The position numbers and the translations under genes were made by a program. Below are positions 57,885-64,000 of a stretch of DNA of 64,000 nucleotides, piece by piece; the stretch's first letter is position 1, and each line of letters opens with the position of its first letter. The notes under the pieces were generated by a model that was not told the origin of the DNA, did not search any database, and saw only the letters and a list, made by a program, of their open reading frames with translations. This DNA is from Candidatus Latescibacterota bacterium (GTDB lineage Bacteria; Latescibacterota; UBA2968; UBA8231), in the NCBI GenBank assembly GCA_965215195.1, contig CBDCDC010000002.1, positions 4,704,001 to 4,768,000 on the forward strand, written 5' to 3'.

Positions 57885-60143
57885 ATGACAATAATAAGGC
57901 AGAGTGCTCTATACGGGGTCCAAGTTGTTGCAGGATATTTTTTTGTTTTGGTAGCCTGTGCAGAGCGAGAGCAGGCGGCCAGCACCCAGCGCATGGCTGA
58001 ACTCCTAGAAGACATAGCCGTCAATGTCGATCCCGCCACGCATCCGTATGTGAATTTGGACCGAGTTGCATATTTCCGCGCTCAGTTGGACCACCTGCGC
58101 CAATCCGGTGCGGCCACCAATCCTCAGGGACGCGAGCAAATCCTGCAAGCGCGCTTTTCCCTTGCCAACGAACTGCTGCAAGCCGGTCAAGCCGATCAAG
58201 CAGTACAGGAGTACCGACAACTGCAGACTGTGGTCCATCATCCTCGGCTGCGGCATTCTCTCCAACTGCTAGTAGGTTTGGCCTATCTCCGTTTGGGGGA
58301 ACAGGAAAACTGCATTGCGCAACACAATATCGACTCTTGTCTAATGCCGATCCGCGGCACTGGAGTGCATCAAATCAAACGCGGATCGAACGCCGCTGTT
58401 GAGGAGTTTTTGGGGGTCCTGAGCAGAAATGCAAGCGATTTGTCGGCTCGTTGGCTACTCAATATCGCCTATATGACGCTGGGGCAGTACCCGGAAAAGG
58501 TGCCGCCGAACTTGCTGATTCCACCCGCAGTATTCACCTCTGACTACGATATTGGGATTTTTCGCGATGTCGCTCCTCAGTTGGGGCTGGATGGGGTGGG
58601 ACTTTCGGGAGGAGCCATTATGGAAGACTTTGACAGCGACGGCTATCTCGACATCGTGGCTTCATCTTGGGGACTGCGCGACCCACTCCGCTACTTCCGC
58701 AACCAAAGAGACGGCACCTTCGCCGATCGCACACAAGCAGCAGGCTTAGAGGGTATTGTGGGTGGTTTGAATATCTGTCAAGCCGACTACGATAATAATG
58801 GCTCTGCGGATGTGCTGGTGTTGCGCGGCGCTTGGCTCGACGAGGGACGCTACCCCAACTCGCTGTTGGCCAATCGGGGGAATGGGCACTTTTTCGATGC
58901 GACCGAGGCGGCCGGCTTGCTTACTTTCCACCCAACGCAGACGGCAGCTTGGGGCGATTTTGACAACGACGGGTGGGTTGACCTATTTGTCGGCAACGAA
59001 TCGCAGGGGCGAGCTACTCATCCGTGCGAGTTGTTCCGCAACAAAGGCGAAGGCTCTGGACGCGGAGTGTCGGCGGTGCGATTCGTCGATGTGGCCGAAA
59101 CAGCGGGACTCGATGTGGTCGGCTGGGTTAAAGGAGTAGTCTGGGGCGACTACAACAACGATGGACAACTGGATCTGTACATCGCGCGTCTGGCACCCAA
59201 AGAGTCCAATCTGCTCTTTCGCAATCAGGGAAGTGGGCGTTTCGTCGATGTGACGGCCATGGCAGGTGTCGCCGGACCGCCCTACAGTTTTCCGACTTGG
59301 TTCTGGGACTACGACAACGACGGGTGGCAGGATCTATTCGTCGCCGGTTTCAAGGGCGAGGTAGCGGACGTGGCGGCCGCTTATTTGAGCTTGCCACACC
59401 GCGCCGAAGAGCCCCGTCTATACCGCAACAACGGCGACGGTACTTTTACCGATGTCACGCGCCAAGTAAGGCTCGACGAGCCCCTCCTAGCCATGGGCAG
59501 CAATTTTGGCGATCTAGACAATGACGGGTACCAAGATTGTTACATCGGCACCGGCGACCCGTATATGGCTACACTAGTCCCCAATCGCATGTTCCGCAAT
59601 GCCGACGGCAATTTCTTCCAAGATGTCACCACCTCGGGCGGCTTTGGGCATTTGCAAAAGGGCCACGGCGTGGCTTTTGGCGATATTGACCACGATGGCG
59701 ACCAAGATGTTTTTGCAGTCATTGGCGGGGCTTTTACCGGCGATACCTATCAGAACGTCCTCTTTGCCAATCCGGGTCATGGCAATCATTGGATCAAGCT
59801 CCGGCTCGAGGGCCGGCGGACCAATCGGGCCGCCATTGGAGTACGCGTAAAGGTGAGCGTGAACACCACACATGGCAGCCGCGACATTTATTCCACGGTG
59901 ACCAGCGGGGGCAGTTTTGGTGCTTCCAGCCTGCAATGCGAAATAGGCTTGGGACAGGCTGAGTCTATCGAGGCGCTTGAAATCACCTGGCCCACCAGCG
60001 GGGAAGTGCAGGTTTTCAACGATATCGAAATGGACCAAAGTATATACATCCGCGAAGGGGATTCGCGTCCGACTCGCCGGCAATTCAAATCTTTCGCCAT
60101 GGCCCCGGGCAACGGGTCGGACGGGATGGCACACACCCACTAG
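57885..60143 (+). CDS. CRTAC1/ASPIC-UnbV family FG-GAP/VCBS repeat protein, probable lipoprotein
   Basis: LVAC lipobox-like motif, repeated D[FY]DNDGxxD, KGHGVAFGD, N.AAIG.RV, GLG...I.WPTSG. Confidence 0.85.
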   Translation: MTIIRQSALYGVQVVAGYFFVLVACAEREQAASTQRMAELLEDIAVNVDPATHPYVNLDRVAYFRAQLDHLRQSGAATNPQGREQILQARFSLANELLQAGQADQAVQEYRQLQTVVHHPRLRHSLQLLVGLAYLRLGEQENCIAQHNIDSCLMPIRGTGVHQIKRGSNAAVEEFLGVLSRNASDLSARWLLNIAYMTLGQYPEKVPPNLLIPPAVFTSDYDIGIFRDVAPQLGLDGVGLSGGAIMEDFDSDGYLDIVASSWGLRDPLRYFRNQRDGTFADRTQAAGLEGIVGGLNICQADYDNNGSADVLVLRGAWLDEGRYPNSLLANRGNGHFFDATEAAGLLTFHPTQTAAWGDFDNDGWVDLFVGNESQGRATHPCELFRNKGEGSGRGVSAVRFVDVAETAGLDVVGWVKGVVWGDYNNDGQLDLYIARLAPKESNLLFRNQGSGRFVDVTAMAGVAGPPYSFPTWFWDYDNDGWQDLFVAGFKGEVADVAAAYLSLPHRAEEPRLYRNNGDGTFTDVTRQVRLDEPLLAMGSNFGDLDNDGYQDCYIGTGDPYMATLVPNRMFRNADGNFFQDVTTSGGFGHLQKGHGVAFGDIDHDGDQDVFAVIGGAFTGDTYQNVLFANPGHGNHWIKLRLEGRRTNRAAIGVRVKVSVNTTHGSRDIYSTVTSGGSFGASSLQCEIGLGQAESIEALEITWPTSGEVQVFNDIEMDQSIYIREGDSRPTRRQFKSFAMAPGNGSDGMAHTH

Positions 60144-60201
60144 CCTCCCCCGGCCCGTTCGGCAAGACTCGCGATGCTCTTTAAGAGAGGATAATTGCTC
60201 C

Positions 60202-61740
60202 ATGTATTTTCCAAGTCTGCGCAAGGCATCGATTGGCTATGCAATTTCATTGATATGTACCCTGTACCCCATTGGAGCCGTGCATGGACAGGATGCGGGT
60301 GCTTCCTCAAGAAGCCAAGAGCATTATAGGCTCGGTATGCGCCATGCCCAAAAGGGCGACTATGAAAGCGCGGAGAGAGAGTACCGGAAAGCAATAGAAC
60401 TAGATGCCAATAATATCTATCCGCACGACGGCCTCGGTTTCATCTACGCCCTGCAAAGCCGACTGGACGAGGCGGCAGAGGAATTTGCCAAGGTACTGCA
60501 AACCGATCCGGGCTACGCACCAGCACACTACAAGTTGGGTAAAATTTTTTTTATTCGCCAAGAGTACGACGCGGCTTTCGATTCTTACCAAAAGGCCATT
60601 GAGGCTGACCCCAAGTACTTTCCCGCCCACCACGGCTTAGGCGTCATCTACGGGCAGACCCAAGAGCGGGCTCAAGCAGCAGAGCATTTCAAAGCAGCTA
60701 TCGCAATCAACCCCGACTACGCTCCCTCGCGCTACCGGCTCGGGACGATATACCTAGAAGAAGGGCACTATTCTCAAGCCATAGGGGAGTTGCGACAGGC
60801 GGCCAAGCTAGTCGCCAACGAACCATCAATCCACTTTGTCTTGGGGAACGCCTATATGGCAATAGGCAAGCTTTCAGAGGCCGCAGAAGCATTCCACAGA
60901 ACATTGCAACTCGAGCCGAGTTGGGCCGATGTGCACGATAAACTGGGCTTGGTCTACACCGACCAGTCCTTGGCCCTGCTGGGGGCTATCATGGCGGACC
61001 AAGACAAGTTAGCTGCCGCCGTTGAAGAGCATCGCAAGGCCGTGGAATTGGCCCCTGAAAACGGTTGGTTCCAGCACAATTTGGGTATGGCCTATGAACG
61101 CCAGCGTCAGTACGACAAAGCAGCCGAGCAGTTCGCCAAGGCACTCGCCGTCAATCCCGATATGGCCTACACCCGCTATCGGCTCGGTATGATCTACTCG
61201 AGAGACAAAAAATACCAAGAAGCTATTGAGGAATACCAATATGCCATCCGGCTCGAGCCCGACCGGTCGGTTTTCCACTACGCCTTGGGGGCTGTCTATG
61301 CCAAGATCGGCAGAGGAGAAGAGGCGATTGGCAAATTCAAAAAAGCCATCGACCTCGATTACTACAATGCCGAAGCACATTTCGGTTTGGCTAACGCCTA
61401 TCTGAAACAGGGTAGAGGTCAGGCGGGTGCCAAGGAGATGGAGATTTTCAAAAAACTGCGCGCAGGCAATATAGCAGATATGGAACAACGGGTCGTCTTA
61501 GTGCCCGACAATCCAAAATATCACGGCGAATTGGCCGCTCATTATACCCAACAGGGCAGGTATATAAAGGCGATCAATGAGTACAAGCTGGCCATCGGTC
61601 TCGATCCGCATAATCTCGAGTACCGCCGATTGCTCAAAGATGCCTATACCAAAGCAGGGCGCTATCGGGAAGCGGAAGAGCAACAGGAGATTATCCAGAG
61701 CTTGGATGCCAAACGAAAGCAGCAGGGGCACAACCCATAG
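60202..61740 (+). CDS. Secreted multi-TPR protein
   Basis: Signal peptide and more than 10 canonical TPR units. Confidence 0.87.
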   Translation: MYFPSLRKASIGYAISLICTLYPIGAVHGQDAGASSRSQEHYRLGMRHAQKGDYESAEREYRKAIELDANNIYPHDGLGFIYALQSRLDEAAEEFAKVLQTDPGYAPAHYKLGKIFFIRQEYDAAFDSYQKAIEADPKYFPAHHGLGVIYGQTQERAQAAEHFKAAIAINPDYAPSRYRLGTIYLEEGHYSQAIGELRQAAKLVANEPSIHFVLGNAYMAIGKLSEAAEAFHRTLQLEPSWADVHDKLGLVYTDQSLALLGAIMADQDKLAAAVEEHRKAVELAPENGWFQHNLGMAYERQRQYDKAAEQFAKALAVNPDMAYTRYRLGMIYSRDKKYQEAIEEYQYAIRLEPDRSVFHYALGAVYAKIGRGEEAIGKFKKAIDLDYYNAEAHFGLANAYLKQGRGQAGAKEMEIFKKLRAGNIADMEQRVVLVPDNPKYHGELAAHYTQQGRYIKAINEYKLAIGLDPHNLEYRRLLKDAYTKAGRYREAEEQQEIIQSLDAKRKQQGHNP

Positions 61741-61755
61741 GGGCCGCTGGTTTAT

Positions 61756-63486
61756 ATGCACTTCTTTTTTCTAACCCTTATTTCCGCACGGCTCTTAGCT
61801 GTCGAAGGACGGGAAGTAGAGAGGCGGGTCCAGTTCGTGGATGTAGCGGAGGAAGTGGGGATTGTGGCGCAGAACGTCTCCGGGGATAGCGAGCAGACGT
61901 ACTTGGTCGATAGCATGATGGGAGGATCGGCTTTTTTCGACTACGACCAAGACGGCGATGTGGATTTGTACATCTTGAACGGGTCGAAAGTGGTTGGCTT
62001 TCCAGACCAAGAGCACCCGCGCAATACCTTTTATAGAAACGAGCGCGGTAAATTCGTCGATGCTACCGACGAAGCGAACTTGGGCGACGTGGGCTGGGGA
62101 ATGGGATGCGCCATCGGCGATTACGACAACGATGGCGACTTGGACATTTACATAACCAACTACGGCAGGAACGTACTATACAATAACCAAGGCGACGGGA
62201 CTTTTGCGGACGTAACCGAGTACGCCCAAGTAGGAGACGAGCGGTTCAGCACAGGATGTGCCTTCCTCGATTACGATGGCGACGGCTATCTAGATCTGTA
62301 CGTAGCCAACTACGTCGATTTCAAGCACTTTCTACAGACCACCCCCAACAGGTCCTATATGTGGAAAGGCTTAAGGGTTCACTTCGGACCCCGCGGCATG
62401 AAAGGGAGTGAGGATATCCTGTATCGCAACCAAGGCGACGGGACTTTTGCCGATGTGACCGTGGAAGCGCGGGTGGTGGACCAAGATAAGCTCTACGGTA
62501 TGGGCGTGGTCGGTGGCGATTACGACCGGGACGGCGATGTGGACATCTATGTGGCCAACGACACGGGGCCCAACTTCCTTTATCAGAATCAAGGCGATGG
62601 CACCTTTGCCGATGTCGGCTGGATGATCGGGGCTGCCTATGGCGAAAGCGGCGAGGCTCAAGGCTGTATGGGCATTGCCTATGGGGATTACGACAATGAC
62701 CTGTACCAAGACATATTAGTCACCAACTTCTGGGAGCAGACCAATACGCTTTACCACAACGACCGCGGCGCATTCTTTTCCGATCTCAGCTTTGACGCTG
62801 GCGTGGGCAAGGAGAGTTTCCAGTTTTTGGCTTGGGGCACCGAGTTTTTCGACTATGACAACGACGGCGATAAAGATCTTTTCGTGGCCAATGGCCACCT
62901 CTTTCCACAATTGGACAGGACCAATCTAGGCACTAGCTATGCCCAGACCAATCAACTCTTTGAAAACTTGGGCGATGGCACCTTCGCCGAGGTATCGCAG
63001 CTATCAGGGGAGGGCTTGGGGATTAAAAAAGTGAGCAGAGGGGCCTCCTTTGGGGACTACGACGATGATGGGGATCTGGACATAGTTGTCCTGAATCTAA
63101 ACGATCGCCCTACTTTGTTGCACAACAACGGGGGCAATAAGAACAACTGGTTAATGGTCAAGACTATAGGGACTGAAAGCAACAGAGACGGTATAGGGGC
63201 TAGGATTGAGGTCCGCTGTGGAGGGCTCACGCAAAGTGCCGAAATCCGGAGCGGTGCTAGCTATCTTTCGCACAATGACTTGAGGGCCCATTTCGGCTTG
63301 GGGCAGAGAGAGTCCATCGACTTGTTGGTAGTGCTGTGGCCAAGTGGTCTAGAAGAACGATTTGAAAATCTCTCTGCCAATAGACTCGTGGTGCTTCAAG
63401 AAGGTGAGGGCATTGTCCATGTAGATGGAGAGAGCAACTCGGGTCGCGCCACGTCTAAAGGGTATTCACCGGATGTTCATCAATAG
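61756..63486 (+). CDS. CRTAC1/ASPIC-UnbV family protein
   Basis: Repeated DYDNDGDLD, SRGASFGD, NRDGIGA, SYLS.ND..HFGLG, WPSG. Confidence 0.9.
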   Translation: MHFFFLTLISARLLAVEGREVERRVQFVDVAEEVGIVAQNVSGDSEQTYLVDSMMGGSAFFDYDQDGDVDLYILNGSKVVGFPDQEHPRNTFYRNERGKFVDATDEANLGDVGWGMGCAIGDYDNDGDLDIYITNYGRNVLYNNQGDGTFADVTEYAQVGDERFSTGCAFLDYDGDGYLDLYVANYVDFKHFLQTTPNRSYMWKGLRVHFGPRGMKGSEDILYRNQGDGTFADVTVEARVVDQDKLYGMGVVGGDYDRDGDVDIYVANDTGPNFLYQNQGDGTFADVGWMIGAAYGESGEAQGCMGIAYGDYDNDLYQDILVTNFWEQTNTLYHNDRGAFFSDLSFDAGVGKESFQFLAWGTEFFDYDNDGDKDLFVANGHLFPQLDRTNLGTSYAQTNQLFENLGDGTFAEVSQLSGEGLGIKKVSRGASFGDYDDDGDLDIVVLNLNDRPTLLHNNGGNKNNWLMVKTIGTESNRDGIGARIEVRCGGLTQSAEIRSGASYLSHNDLRAHFGLGQRESIDLLVVLWPSGLEERFENLSANRLVVLQEGEGIVHVDGESNSGRATSKGYSPDVHQ

Positions 63487-63544
63487 TTTACGCCCAATAA
63501 AACCATAAACGATCAACGCCGGGCCCCAAAAGTCAGCAATTAGC

Positions 63545-63573
63545 TTGACCTTTTGCTACTTTCTTTTTATTAT
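63545..63573 (+). promoter_or_regulatory. sigma70 promoter
   Basis: TTGACC-17 bp-TATTAT. Confidence 0.65.
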
Positions 63574-63677
63574 GACTCCGATTTTCCTGCAAAAATTGTG
63601 TGTTCACTGTTTTATTCCGCAGCTTCGCTTACCGTTCCACCGAAAAATTATTTGAAAGGAGAAAATAAACCCCCCTT

Positions 63678-63704
63678 TTAGCAACCTTAGCAACCTTAGC
63701 AACC
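63678..63704 (+). repeat. Three perfect tandem copies of TTAGCAACC
   Basis: Read directly; the third copy overlaps the hairpin AACCGCT-AAATA-AGCGGTT. Confidence 0.9.
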
Positions 63705-63746
63705 GCTAAATAAGCGGTTTTCTCACACAGGAAAGGATCTTGGGTG

Positions 63747-64000
63747 ATGAGCAGAGCAATGAGTTATAGCTTCTTGGCATGGAGTCTTGTCCTTTTCACT
63801 GTCGCGTCCAGTTCGGCTCACCTGCGGACAGACAGAAACTGGGCCGCTGTTCAGGTGCCTATTGGCGTCGATGGCATAAGAGATGTCCAGATGGACGGCG
63901 ACATAAGCGAATGGGACAACGTACCTTCGGTCTTCTGGGTGACCCATGAGGATCTAATCGAGACCGTCACCGGCACCCAAGGAGACCCCGACCCCTCCAA
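63747..64000 (+). CDS. 5' part of a secreted protein paralogous to 8115-9032 (runs off the window; not in the ORF track)
   Basis: SD GAAAGGA. Translation MSRAMSYSFLAWSLVLFTVASSSAHLRTDRNWAAVQVP...MDGDISEWDNVPSVFWVTHEDL. Confidence 0.75.
   Translation, partial: MSRAMSYSFLAWSLVLFTVASSSAHLRTDRNWAAVQVPIGVDGIRDVQMDGDISEWDNVPSVFWVTHEDLIETVTGTQGDPDPS

Overview
Bacterial chromosomal DNA, GC-rich by eye (about 60-65%), from a diderm. FlgD/CHU_C-like tails, a C-terminal 'SWGRIKAQF' motif, DUF6785-like membrane proteins, PhyH and CRTAC1/ASPIC-UnbV proteins suggest an FCB-associated candidate lineage such as Ca. Latescibacterota (inference). Layout: (1) 1-15.8 kb: three large coupled envelope/secreted genes, a small secreted WGxIK-tailed protein, a GT-C/TPR glycosyltransferase, two convergent DUF6785-like paralogues and a serine hydrolase. 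(2) 16-20.7 kb: sugar-acid genes (an unknown enzyme, a UxuA-like dehydratase, an idonate/sorbitol-type dehydrogenase and a decayed second uxuA). (3) tRNA-Leu(TAA) and tRNA-Cys(GCA). (4) 21-50 kb: housekeeping core (thyA, xerC, topA, map, nrdJ, nrdR, TonB-ExbBDD, accD, surE, rpmI-rplT-pheST-zapBA-rny-ymdB-xseAB-recN-pgsA). (5) A low-GC two-gene islet (Cas2/VapD-like small protein plus a 2-TM protein). (6) A peptidase-propeller-barrel protein, a second copy of the unknown enzyme, PhyH, a 124-bp MITE with a 9-bp target-site duplication and a lower-GC CRTAC1/TPR cluster. Best leads: the islet as a candidate defence or toxin module, the barrel plus CTD-cargo operon, RNase Y with substituted metal ligands, the structured nrdJ leader, the MITE and CCWGG depletion. 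No CRISPR array, rRNA or intact transposase was seen. All family calls are from motif recognition; no searches were run.
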